Of a DNA stretch of 64,000 nt, positions 29,355 to 36,526 are shown piece by piece (position 1 is the first letter of the stretch; each line of letters starts with the position of its first letter). Source of the stretch: a virus (lineage: Duplodnaviria > Caudoviricetes); IMG/VR virus record IMGVR_UViG_3300043443_000284, positions 439 through 64,438 of that record; one strand, written 5' to 3'. The position numbers and the translations under genes were made by a program. The notes beneath the pieces were generated by a model that ran no database searches, had not been told where the DNA came from, and saw only the letters and a list, made by a program, of their open reading frames with translations.

Positions 29355-29435
29355 TGCCTCAGACGGGACTCGAACCCGTACGTCTTGCGACAACAGATTT
29401 TAAGTCTGTCGTGTCTACCGTTCCACCACCGAGGC
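29355..29435 (-). tRNA. tRNA-Leu (UAA)
   Basis: GCCTCGG acceptor stem, anticodon arm ACAGACTTAAAATCTGT, long variable arm, GGTTCGAGTCC T-loop; no encoded CCA. Confidence 0.93.
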
Positions 29436-29444
29436 TGATGGCGT

Positions 29445-29466
29445 ATTGTATCACCAAGTATTACAT
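29445..29466 (-). promoter_or_regulatory. Extended -10 promoter for tRNA-Leu/thyX (TGATACAAT) with palindrome ATGTAATACTT
   Basis: -10 at 29445-29450; box at 29456-29466. Confidence 0.6.
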
Positions 29467-29555
29467 GGTAGTATATTTACAAGACGCGATGATAGTTTAA
29501 AAAGTCCGCCCATCATGCCCGAGAGACATTTAAACCGAGCGAATTAGAAGCCCCT

Positions 29556-29948
29556 TCACAGAGGGGCTTCTGTTATTATTGCCGTTGCTTTAATTGCTTT
29601 TCGTTTAGTTCCACCAAAGTACTCGTATGCTTCTAGAGACTTTGTAACTTCCACATTGAGTGTTGTTGGTGATTTGTCTGTCTTTACATGGACTAATCGT
29701 CGTCCGTATTTATCTGCTTTTTGAAGTACCTGAATGCTAAATCGTTCAGCTGTATTTTGCCTTGAGGTAAACCATTCCTTTGCTGTATCCGTAGCAGCTT
29801 TACCTTCCGTAGTGTTTTTCTCTGGTGTGTCCACGCCAAAGAGGCGACAGTGCTGATCCATAAGCCAAATACCAAAACCGAGATCAATGTCGCAAACGAA
29901 AGTATCTCCGTCGATGATGCGCTTAAAGCGAATACCATATTCATACAT
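29556..29948 (-). CDS. Thermonuclease (SNase-like) family protein
   Basis: RIIDGDTF..DIDLGF...RLFGVDTPE...DKYGRRL signature. Confidence 0.9.
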   Translation of the reverse strand: MYEYGIRFKRIIDGDTFVCDIDLGFGIWLMDQHCRLFGVDTPEKNTTEGKAATDTAKEWFTSRQNTAERFSIQVLQKADKYGRRLVHVKTDKSPTTLNVEVTKSLEAYEYFGGTKRKAIKATAIITEAPL

Positions 29949-30298
29949 TACTTTTTCATCCCCATAATGTTGCTCATACGTGGTCGTTTTGCTGACTCGT
30001 ATTTTTGTGTATCTCTACTCATAATTTCGTGCAGTTTATATTCGGCATCATTTGCTGCTTTTTTATTTGGATACATGGCGTATAGTCCAGTTTTTTTGGC
30101 ATGACTAACTACGTCATCCATGTTCTCATTCACTTTGCCATTGAAGTAACTTGGTGCGTACATTACACCTTCATCAAAATCAATTCGTGTGCCACGAAAT
30201 GTAGTTGTTTTGTTGCCATCTTTAAGACCACCTTTAGCTAGGTTTGATCTATGGTAGTTAATAAGTTTACGCTCGTCTGCTCGTAGTGGATCTTTCAT
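29948..30298 (-). CDS. Hypothetical protein
   Basis: 116 aa, translationally coupled; no family recognised. Confidence 0.6.
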   Translation of the reverse strand: MKDPLRADERKLINYHRSNLAKGGLKDGNKTTTFRGTRIDFDEGVMYAPSYFNGKVNENMDDVVSHAKKTGLYAMYPNKKAANDAEYKLHEIMSRDTQKYESAKRPRMSNIMGMKK

Positions 30299-30681
30299 CG
30301 ATGTCTTGCTGCCTTCTGTGCAACTGTACGTGGTTGCGCTACGAACTGCTTACCTGCTTTATTGCCAGCTGCTTTAGTTCTATTAGTAGAAGCTATTTCG
30401 CTCTTAGACAATGAACCCCATGCCTTATCTGGCAAGTATCTTTTGGTTCCATTAGAAGGAGTCCCATCACTAGTACGCCACTTCTGATCAGTCCATTTAG
30501 AGAGACTATTGTCACTAGTCTTTGGCCCTACGTATGACCCACCAGATGACTTGTATTTTTGTGTTGCAAGTTGTGCTTTGCGTGCTGACCACTCACCGGG
30601 ATCACCACCTTTAGTCCCTGCTTTAACACTAGCGACGATGCGTTTCCATTTAGCTGGATCTCGTTTAGTTGCTGTAGCCAT
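30295..30681 (-). CDS. DUF5872-like basic phage protein
   Basis: KWKRIVA..KAG.KGG.PGEWSARKAQL...SLSKWT.QKWRT...RYLP..AW signature. Confidence 0.8.
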   Translation of the reverse strand: MATATKRDPAKWKRIVASVKAGTKGGDPGEWSARKAQLATQKYKSSGGSYVGPKTSDNSLSKWTDQKWRTSDGTPSNGTKRYLPDKAWGSLSKSEIASTNRTKAAGNKAGKQFVAQPRTVAQKAARHR

Positions 30682-30695
30682 ATGGCATTATAGCC

Positions 30696-30725
30696 AAAAA
30701 AGACCAGCGTGGCTGACTGGTCTTT
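30696..30725 (-). terminator. Intrinsic terminator ending the tRNA-Asn/ncRNA transcript
   Basis: AAAGACCAG-N9-CTGGTCTTTTTT on minus strand. Confidence 0.75.
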
Positions 30726-30880
30726 CTTGTTTGCAGAGTTTGAATTTGACGGGGCAGAAGGGAGGTTTCTGGCCTTTCAAAGCTCACCTCTCGGTGGCAA
30801 AAATATAATACCACCCTCCGGTAGAAAGAGTAAGGGCCGGAGAGTGGCATCATCCCCAGAGCGTTTGCATACATGGGGGA
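30696..30880 (-). ncRNA. Candidate structured small RNA trailing tRNA-Asn
   Basis: No credible minus-strand ORF; 4-5 hairpins including a 14-bp stem with G-U pairs only on this strand, a GAGA tetraloop and a C-rich loop; ends in terminator. Confidence 0.45.
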
Positions 30881-30952
30881 CTCCTACTGCTGGGATCGAA
30901 CCAGCGACCATTCGGTTAACAGCCGAACGCTCTACCGCTGAGCTAAGTAGGA
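30881..30952 (-). tRNA. tRNA-Asn (GUU)
   Basis: TCCTACT/AGTAGGA acceptor stem, TTCGGCTGTTAACCGAA anticodon arm, GGTTCGATCC T-loop. Confidence 0.95.
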
Positions 30953-30959
30953 TAACAAA

Positions 30960-31379
30960 CTACTCTATGGCTCCTTTGAGCCAATTGTTGATACGATCCG
31001 TAAATGGTTGACGTAAAACGTTATCGCTTCTCTCACGAACCAACTTTGGTTCCTCTTGGATACCATTGATTGTATGTTGGCCAACATCTCCGGTGTCATG
31101 CGTAGTACAAACATGCACGGGTAATTGACCTCCCTCTGTTTCTTTATCTTCATGCATTAATCCTTTACATACATGCACAACAGTCTCAGCGTATTTTGAG
31201 TTCTTGGTTAATGCGTATGCAAGAAACCAAAGTGCTTTAAGCACATCCTCGTTGTATGAGGATTCTTTTTTCTTACCGGCCCTAGCAAGGTATGCCACAG
31301 CAGTAAAAAGATACCTGTCAAGGTTCCACGCATCCGCTGCGTGTACTGGTTGCAACTCATCATCATTGTAGTAGGCCAT
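30960..31379 (-). CDS. DUF3310/SaV-like protein with extended C-terminus
   Basis: AVAYLARAGKK...EDVLKALWFL; start set at MAYYN (track start 31445 overlaps dut). Confidence 0.65.
   Translation of the reverse strand: MAYYNDDELQPVHAADAWNLDRYLFTAVAYLARAGKKKESSYNEDVLKALWFLAYALTKNSKYAETVVHVCKGLMHEDKETEGGQLPVHVCTTHDTGDVGQHTINGIQEEPKLVRERSDNVLRQPFTDRINNWLKGAIE
30965..31153 (-). CDS. Ribbon-helix-helix (Arc/CopG-like) DNA-binding protein, nested in DUF3310-like ORF
   Basis: MFVLRMTPEMLANIQSMVSKRNQSWFVREAITFY fits RHH strand-helix-S-helix pattern; AAGGA SD upstream. Confidence 0.65.
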   Translation of the reverse strand: MKIKKQREVNYPCMFVLRMTPEMLANIQSMVSKRNQSWFVREAITFYVNHLRIVSTIGSKEP

Positions 31380-31380
31380 G

Positions 31381-31836
31381 TTATACACCCGTAGATCCAA
31401 ATCCACCAGCACCCCGTGGAGTGTCAAACAACGATCCAGACTCAACTACCACTGGCTCACACATGCACACAGGAGCAATAACAAGTTGTGCTATGCGCAT
31501 GCCGGGTACAAACACAAACGTTTCAGCACTCATGTTTTTGATGATGACTTTGATCTCACCAGTGTAGTCTGCATCAATCGTACCGGGGCTATTTAAGACG
31601 ATAATGCCGTGCTTATAAGCCATTCCGCTACGAGTACGCACCTGTGCCTCAAAACCCTCGTGTAGCTTAATTTTCATGCCCGTAGGCACTAACACAATTT
31701 GGTCTGGGCGAACAGGCATAGTCTTATCAGCTATGTACTGGAGATCTATTCCTGATGCTTGTTTTGTAGCGCGGTGTGGATCAAATAGATACTCGCTAGT
31801 GCTACTACCGCAATAAATAATTTCAAGGCGATCCAC
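31381..31836 (-). CDS. dut: Trimeric dUTPase
   Basis: ASGIDL, RTRSGMAYK, NSPGTIDADYTGEIKV, RIAQLV, RGAGGFGSTG motifs. Confidence 0.97.
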   Translation of the reverse strand: MDRLEIIYCGSSTSEYLFDPHRATKQASGIDLQYIADKTMPVRPDQIVLVPTGMKIKLHEGFEAQVRTRSGMAYKHGIIVLNSPGTIDADYTGEIKVIIKNMSAETFVFVPGMRIAQLVIAPVCMCEPVVVESGSLFDTPRGAGGFGSTGV

Positions 31837-32096
31837 TACTCCGCAGCTCCAGCCTCAACTACTGTAACGACGCTATCTAACGCCATCTGTAAGAAGTCAA
31901 TAACAAACCGAGCTGGCACCTTTACACCGTCATTACGGAGGTTTGCGCAGTACTGAGCAGCTTCAACCAAGCTGAGTTGAGTGCGGTACTGAGGCACATT
32001 GCCGTCATCCTTGCGCTTAACTGTAACGGAGTATCCTTCACGGGCACTCTGCTGCACTGTTACTTCACTGTCACTACCCTGCGTTAATAAAAACAT
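31836..32096 (-). CDS. Hypothetical protein, first gene of minus arm
   Basis: Start MFLLTQG 4 nt after GAGGTG; track start 32132 lies in promoter region. Confidence 0.55.
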   Translation of the reverse strand: MFLLTQGSDSEVTVQQSAREGYSVTVKRKDDGNVPQYRTQLSLVEAAQYCANLRNDGVKVPARFVIDFLQMALDSVVTVVEAGAAE

Positions 32097-32111
32097 AGCA
32101 CACCTCAATAT

Positions 32112-32131
32112 ATGTATAACATATGGTACCA
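32112..32131 (-). promoter_or_regulatory. Extended -10-like TGGTACCAT followed by palindrome variant ATGTTATACAT
   Basis: Box 32112-32122 has one mismatch to consensus; directly upstream of SD of dut/RHH operon. Confidence 0.5.
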
Positions 32132-32242
32132 CAATTGTATGGGACCCATTTTTCTACGCGGGTAAGAGTTTCTCCGATGGGAGAAATAGATAATAGAGTA
32201 TAGAGAATATATGCGTCGGAGTCACATTCTAAGCGACTGAGC

Positions 32243-32279
32243 GGGGGTAGGGGCTTGCCATGGGGGTGGTGGGGGTGGG
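32243..32279 (+). other. G-tract cluster (potential G-quadruplex) at arm divergence
   Basis: GGGGG-TA-GGGG-N8-GGGGG-TGGT-GGGGG-T-GGG; flanked by TCTAAGCG direct repeats at 32228 and 32295. Confidence 0.6.
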
Positions 32280-32329
32280 TTTTCCAGCTTAGCATCTAAG
32301 CGTCGGTTGCTTTCTTGTATACCATGTGT

Positions 32330-32398
32330 GTAGCCGACGCTCCTTGCGTTCGCTACAGGGTGCGCAGGGTGTAGCGTATACACCTTGCGCGCCCTTTT
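32330..32398 (+). promoter_or_regulatory. Two-hairpin leader/attenuator-like structure before first early gene
   Basis: GTAGC..ACGC-TCCTT-GCGT..GCTAC, then 17-bp stem 32357-32373/32379-32395 with two G-U pairs, followed by T-rich tract. Confidence 0.55.
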
Positions 32399-32464
32399 GT
32401 CGTTTATACGCCTATTATCGTTGTTTCATTGATGTTTCTGTTAGTCACAAGGAGTTTAGTTACC

Positions 32465-32845
32465 ATGTCTACAATTCGCGCTGAGTTTATCAATGTCGTT
32501 TCCCTGTTAGAGTCTGAGTTTCCAGAGTCCAATATCTCTAACTGCTGTCGCAACATGTTGCGCAACGCTACTGCACCTGACCGCCCGGTGTCCAAGTGGC
32601 ATGTCGTCACCCGTCGTGGCAATGTCCCTGAGACTTGGGATGCCACCGTTGCTATCACTGACCTTCGTAACACGGTTGCCCTTGCGCATCGTGAAGGTTT
32701 CTTGGACGATGCTGGTTACAAGCAGTTTGAGATTGCCATCCACGAGTGGAAGGAAGACCTCAAGGTTGAGAAGGTTGAGGATGCCTTCGCTATCCTTCAG
32801 AAGTCCATCCGCCGGGATGCACGTCGGTTGGCTAAGGGGGGCTAG
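32465..32845 (+). CDS. First early protein, hypothetical
   Basis: AAGGAG SD before ATG 32465; own terminator downstream. Confidence 0.75.
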   Translation: MSTIRAEFINVVSLLESEFPESNISNCCRNMLRNATAPDRPVSKWHVVTRRGNVPETWDATVAITDLRNTVALAHREGFLDDAGYKQFEIAIHEWKEDLKVEKVEDAFAILQKSIRRDARRLAKGG

Positions 32846-32854
32846 TCCCCTTGA

Positions 32855-32889
32855 CCTACTCGGGACTCAATCCCGGGTAGGTTTTTTTA
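32855..32889 (+). terminator. Intrinsic terminator
   Basis: CCTACTCGGGA-CTCAA-TCCCGGGTAGG + T7. Confidence 0.85.
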
Positions 32890-32924
32890 TATCTATTTTT
32901 TTGAAAAACACAGGAGAAAAATAT

Positions 32925-33254
32925 ATGGCAGTTGTTATTACCCGGCATCTTGGTGCTGTTGATTGGTTGATTCGTCACGGGTTTATCAAGAACGACCCTA
33001 ACGAGGATTGTGTTATTGACCACGCTACTGAAGCAGATGTACGTGGACAGGTTGTATATGGCGTATTGCCATTACACCTTGCGAGTAAGGCAGCATGTGT
33101 ATGGAGTATTGATATTCCTAACCTGCCTGTGAATCGCAGGGGAACTGAGCTGAGCGCAGACGATATGGATGCGTTCGGTGCGCATTGCACACGCTATTAC
33201 GTGCAGTGTATTGAGACACGCACATCAGGTGCGTTCAAGGAGGAAAGCAAGTGA
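32925..33254 (+). CDS. csx16: Csx16-family (Cas_VVA1548-like) protein, candidate cyclic-oligoadenylate ring nuclease
   Basis: AGGAG SD; 109 aa; TRHLGAVDWL, VYGVLPLHLA, RRGTELSADDM..G.....YYV match Csx16 motifs recognised by eye. Confidence 0.8.
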   Translation: MAVVITRHLGAVDWLIRHGFIKNDPNEDCVIDHATEADVRGQVVYGVLPLHLASKAACVWSIDIPNLPVNRRGTELSADDMDAFGAHCTRYYVQCIETRTSGAFKEESK

Positions 33255-33457
33255 AGACACGCAAGTATTGGGCCGATGATCGGTCACGGTTGGATGATGA
33301 CCAACAGGACTTGGATGACGCGACTGCTGTTATTGCAGCCCTATCGGGTTGTGATGACGATAATGTCCCGACATCACAAGCGAGCGGGAGTTTGCGTGGT
33401 GTTTGGGTTCGCTCAAACGATGACGCTATCTTGCGCAGGTTTCGTCGTATTCGCTGA
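33251..33457 (+). CDS. Hypothetical acidic protein (68 aa)
   Basis: GTG start overlapping csx16 stop, AGGAGG SD; followed by terminator. Confidence 0.45.
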   Translation: MKTRKYWADDRSRLDDDQQDLDDATAVIAALSGCDDDNVPTSQASGSLRGVWVRSNDDAILRRFRRIR

Positions 33458-33475
33458 GGAAATGAAGCGATGTAT

Positions 33476-33506
33476 CCCCACTGGAGTAATCTGGTGGGGT
33501 TTTTTT
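33476..33506 (+). terminator. Intrinsic terminator
   Basis: CCCCACTGGA-GTAA-TCTGGTGGGG + T7. Confidence 0.85.
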
Positions 33507-33519
33507 ATGGGAGTTTAAT

Positions 33520-33711
33520 ATGAAGATCAAGATGACAACAGCTGAGAAAGCTTACGTAGTTATGGGCTTTGTTGCCCTCATGCTCGCAGGGTTTGCGATG
33601 TACCAACAGAGCTTAGTTCAGGCAGCTGAGTTTCGTGCTCACATTGCTGAAGAACTGTTGGAGAAATCACAGGACGCTTTGGTCAATCAAGAAGTAACGG
33701 CAGGTAAGTAA
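33520..33711 (+). CDS. Small membrane-anchored protein
   Basis: GGGAG SD; hydrophobic YVVMGFVALMLAGFAMY followed by coiled coil. Confidence 0.7.
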   Translation: MKIKMTTAEKAYVVMGFVALMLAGFAMYQQSLVQAAEFRAHIAEELLEKSQDALVNQEVTAGK

Positions 33712-33899
33712 TGAAGACACTGGCATATAGCGGATGGCGCGTAGTTAACGGCAAGCGCCGTTGGGTGACGGTTGAGTTTCTTGGCGGTCACTTGTTTGAG
33801 TTTCGTGTTGGTTGGTTCTTTCCAGCCAAGACACAAGCAGTATGGTTGTGCAACGGACGCTTCAATGATTTCGTTGACGCAACACTCACTTGGATGTAA
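33711..33899 (+). CDS. Hypothetical protein
   Basis: TAATG coupling; followed by terminator. Confidence 0.6.
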   Translation: MKTLAYSGWRVVNGKRRWVTVEFLGGHLFEFRVGWFFPAKTQAVWLCNGRFNDFVDATLTWM

Positions 33900-33909
33900 T
33901 GCGGTAATC

Positions 33910-33937
33910 GGAGGGGCGCAAGCCCCTCCATTTTTTT
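33910..33937 (+). terminator. Intrinsic terminator
   Basis: GGAGGGGC-GCAA-GCCCCTCC-A-T7. Confidence 0.9.
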
Positions 33938-33950
33938 GTAGGAGTTTATT

Positions 33951-34151
33951 ATGAATAGCAACAAGACATCGGGCAAATGGCACAGCACTGACGAACTGCG
34001 CCGTCTCAACAATCAACTCGAAGAACTTATCCGTGACATGGAAAAGCATGTACTGCGTGACGGCAATCCATTGCACGCACACTACACAGCGGTGATCGCA
34101 TTCGCTGAACTCATTGAGCGTCAAGCTCGGAAAGACCAAGGAAACCTGTAA
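33951..34151 (+). CDS. Hypothetical helical protein
   Basis: AGGAG SD; 66 aa. Confidence 0.7.
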   Translation: MNSNKTSGKWHSTDELRRLNNQLEELIRDMEKHVLRDGNPLHAHYTAVIAFAELIERQARKDQGNL

Positions 34152-34498
34152 TGCAACGACCAACATTCAACAACCTGTATGCCATCTTCTCTGAAGGAGG
34201 TGGCGTACGGGAACTCATCTCATCAACAGACACAACAGAACGAGAATACATCGAAGGCGAGATGGTCGTTCACTGTGATGACAATGACCAAGTATGGGCG
34301 ATTGTCTTTGAAGACACTGACACGGCTGAACACGTGCGTCAAGAATACATCGACGCAACTGGTAACTCAGACGTTGAGGTTAAACCTACACTCGCTACCT
34401 CAGTTGAAGAACACCACAACTATAGACTCTATCGTTACGATGGAGAATGGGAGGACATCACACACAAAAACTACATCGAACGGATGCTAGTTGACTAG
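34151..34498 (+). CDS. Hypothetical acidic protein
   Basis: TAATG coupling; D/E-rich; weak SseB/DUF3110-like pattern. Confidence 0.7.
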   Translation: MQRPTFNNLYAIFSEGGGVRELISSTDTTEREYIEGEMVVHCDDNDQVWAIVFEDTDTAEHVRQEYIDATGNSDVEVKPTLATSVEEHHNYRLYRYDGEWEDITHKNYIERMLVD

Positions 34499-34506
34499 TC
34501 GTCACG

Positions 34507-34570
34507 GAGGGGTCAGAAATTATACCCCTCTAATTTTTACTGGGGGGAGGGGTCGGATTCTACCCCCCTC
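34507..34570 (+). repeat. Two near-duplicate hairpins GAGGGGTC-N-TACCCC(CC)TC
   Basis: Copies at 34507-34530 and 34547-34570. Confidence 0.6.
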
Positions 34571-34577
34571 ATATATA

Positions 34578-34607
34578 TTGAATAATACTCAATGTAATAC
34601 TTATAAT
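34578..34607 (+). promoter_or_regulatory. Sigma70-type promoter (TTGAAT-N18-TATAAT) with palindrome ATGTAATACTT in spacer
   Basis: -35 at 34578-34583, -10 at 34602-34607, box at 34592-34602. Confidence 0.7.
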
Positions 34608-34628
34608 GTATCCGACAAGGAGTTTAGA

Positions 34629-34976
34629 ATGAACACAATCACCGTACCTTTTAGTGCACTGTCATCCGCTGAACAAAAGCGACTCATCAAGGCTGGCATC
34701 GTCAAAGCACCTCTTGACCCAATGTTCGCTACCAAGCGTGACTGGTTCTACATCTGCTTGGAATCGAAGACAATCGGACGTGACCGCGTTGCATATCTTT
34801 GTGGTGTAACACTGACAACGTTCAATACATACATGAGCAACGATGACCGTCGCTGGGAATTGATGGATCGTTTTTACGAAACAACTCAACCACGTCAACG
34901 TGATGTGACACTCATGTCAAATGCATTACGTAACGTGGCACGTAAAGCTGATGAAAGCAGGTCAACCAATGAGTAA
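34629..34976 (+). CDS. Putative helix-turn-helix protein
   Basis: AAGGAG SD; GRDRVAYLCGVTLTTFNTYM resembles HTH. Confidence 0.6.
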   Translation: MNTITVPFSALSSAEQKRLIKAGIVKAPLDPMFATKRDWFYICLESKTIGRDRVAYLCGVTLTTFNTYMSNDDRRWELMDRFYETTQPRQRDVTLMSNALRNVARKADESRSTNE

Positions 34977-35265
34977 ATGGCCAATTGGCAGTAGAGTCCA
35001 GTCTGTTCGCAGACCGGGCTTCTACGGCACTGTGGTTAGCGAAGAAGACAACTTCTACGTCAACCAAGCACACAACAGAATCAAAGTTAAGTGGGACAAG
35101 GTTAGTAAGGACTCACGTGGTAGGTGGAAGTCTGGTGTACTAGACGAACTGCCTGTTGACTTGCGTGACTCACGTTCAAAAGACCTTTTACCCGACGCGG
35201 AGAAAAAGATGACACCCGCTGAGTACAGTCGCTTACTCAGCAACGTGAAATACAAAGAACTATGA
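34969..35265 (+). CDS. Hypothetical protein (SH3/KOW-like N-terminus)
   Basis: WPIGSRVQ...YGTVV...IKVKWD pattern. Confidence 0.65.
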   Translation: MSKWPIGSRVQSVRRPGFYGTVVSEEDNFYVNQAHNRIKVKWDKVSKDSRGRWKSGVLDELPVDLRDSRSKDLLPDAEKKMTPAEYSRLLSNVKYKEL

Positions 35266-35375
35266 CACTACTAATCGCTTGCATCTGCACCGTCATCCTG
35301 TCACTTATCTATTTGGCAGGATGGTTTTTTTCTAGCATCTTTAAATATCAAAAGGACATCGACAATGACAACTGA
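35262..35375 (+). CDS. Small membrane peptide (37 aa)
   Basis: Manual translation MTLLIACICTVILSLIYLAGWFFSSIFKYQKDIDNDN; ATGA overlap upstream. Confidence 0.5.
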   Translation: MTLLIACICTVILSLIYLAGWFFSSIFKYQKDIDNDN

Positions 35376-35577
35376 AGACAAGAAAATCGCCTACTGGAAG
35401 TGGGTAAACGAAATGGTTCTTATCAATGACATGGCAAACATGTTTTTACCTAAGTCATTAAAATCTGATTTTAAGGAAGAACTACCAGACACTGATGATG
35501 TCGAGACACAGTATCAATTTATGCTTGGATACAACACAAGCAAAGCCAAGCAATTGAGAGAGGAAATGAGTAAATGA
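35365..35577 (+). CDS. Hypothetical protein (weak paralog of 37708-37926)
   Basis: AAGGA SD; MT.E.KK..Y..WV.E pattern shared. Confidence 0.65.
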   Translation: MTTEDKKIAYWKWVNEMVLINDMANMFLPKSLKSDFKEELPDTDDVETQYQFMLGYNTSKAKQLREEMSK

Positions 35578-35966
35578 CGAACAACGAATACATATCACCT
35601 GATGATGCAGCAAATGCCGTGTATGAAATCATACGCGGTCCATACAAACATCCATACGACATGATGCTATCAAGCAGTGGCAGTCGCTCCTGCTTCAAGC
35701 GACACGGTCGAACAACCCTGACACAAAACTACACTGTAGAGTTTGAGACCGATGTTCCATATCAAGCCTATCGATTGCAAGTAGGTGCTGACTTACTTGG
35801 TGATAGCGGTGACGCACAAATTTCATTGCACGGAGCTGGCTTGATGGCTTACTACGTGTTCCCTGCTGATATTGACAGCCTTGAACTTTGGCTCGTTCAA
35901 TTCAGAATATGTTTGCGCCGTGAGTTTACAAAAGACACACAAATGAAAGAGAAAACAAATGACTAA
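35574..35966 (+). CDS. Hypothetical protein
   Basis: Coupled ORF with GAGG SD. Confidence 0.65.
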   Translation: MTNNEYISPDDAANAVYEIIRGPYKHPYDMMLSSSGSRSCFKRHGRTTLTQNYTVEFETDVPYQAYRLQVGADLLGDSGDAQISLHGAGLMAYYVFPADIDSLELWLVQFRICLRREFTKDTQMKEKTND

Positions 35967-36285
35967 ACACTACAAGATCCTTATTCTCCGCTTCGCATAC
36001 CTCCACATCCATCCGGGTGGAGGTTTCGAGCGACTCATCAAGCTTGCTCCGGGATTTCAACAGCGCCTTGATCGAGAAGCACGCATGTTTCTTGCTGAGC
36101 TTTTGGATTTTGCTGATGCTCATGTGCCACATGACACTCGCAATGCACAAGGCTTTGATGACTGGCTTGGACAAGAACCAGATGCTAGTGAAGAAGCACT
36201 ATTCAATAAATGGATGGCAGCTCTTTCCGAGGTGCCATATCCAACGCCAAAAGGATGGGAGGAGGTAGATACTACCAGTGCCTAG
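35959..36285 (+). CDS. Hypothetical protein
   Basis: Coupled ORF. Confidence 0.65.
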   Translation: MTKHYKILILRFAYLHIHPGGGFERLIKLAPGFQQRLDREARMFLAELLDFADAHVPHDTRNAQGFDDWLGQEPDASEEALFNKWMAALSEVPYPTPKGWEEVDTTSA

Positions 36286-36526
36286 ATACACTTATCACAA
36301 TCAGATGCATGACTTTCAGGGCCGAGCAATCGGCCCTGTTGGTGTCTTTCATACCGCATTAACTGCAAGAGCAGTAGCTATGATTCATGTCTACTGCCAA
36401 TATCATGTCATGCAAATAAGAATCACACGATGCCTTGAGAATACATACGAGTTCAAGCCATATGCGATTGTTTACATGAACATTGTTACTAATAAAGCGA
36501 TGACAAGTAGAAGGAAAGTATTTTAA
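36278..36526 (+). CDS. Hypothetical protein
   Basis: GGAGG SD, GTG start. Confidence 0.55.
   Translation: MPRYTYHNQMHDFQGRAIGPVGVFHTALTARAVAMIHVYCQYHVMQIRITRCLENTYEFKPYAIVYMNIVTNKAMTSRRKVF

Noticed and set aside
29547-29572. Terminator at the end of the SNase-like gene
   Set aside because: The 10-bp stem is perfect but has no U-tract on the transcribed minus strand, so it is left uncalled.
30696-30880. 6S RNA, tmRNA or RNase P RNA
   Set aside because: The ends are not complementary as in the 6S rod, there is no tRNA-like domain or tag ORF, and it is too short and lacks the P4 signature for RNase P.
32601-32924. N-terminal extension of csx16 (217-aa track ORF)
   Set aside because: It overlaps the upstream gene out of frame and crosses a strong terminator. 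The SD supports a start at 32925.
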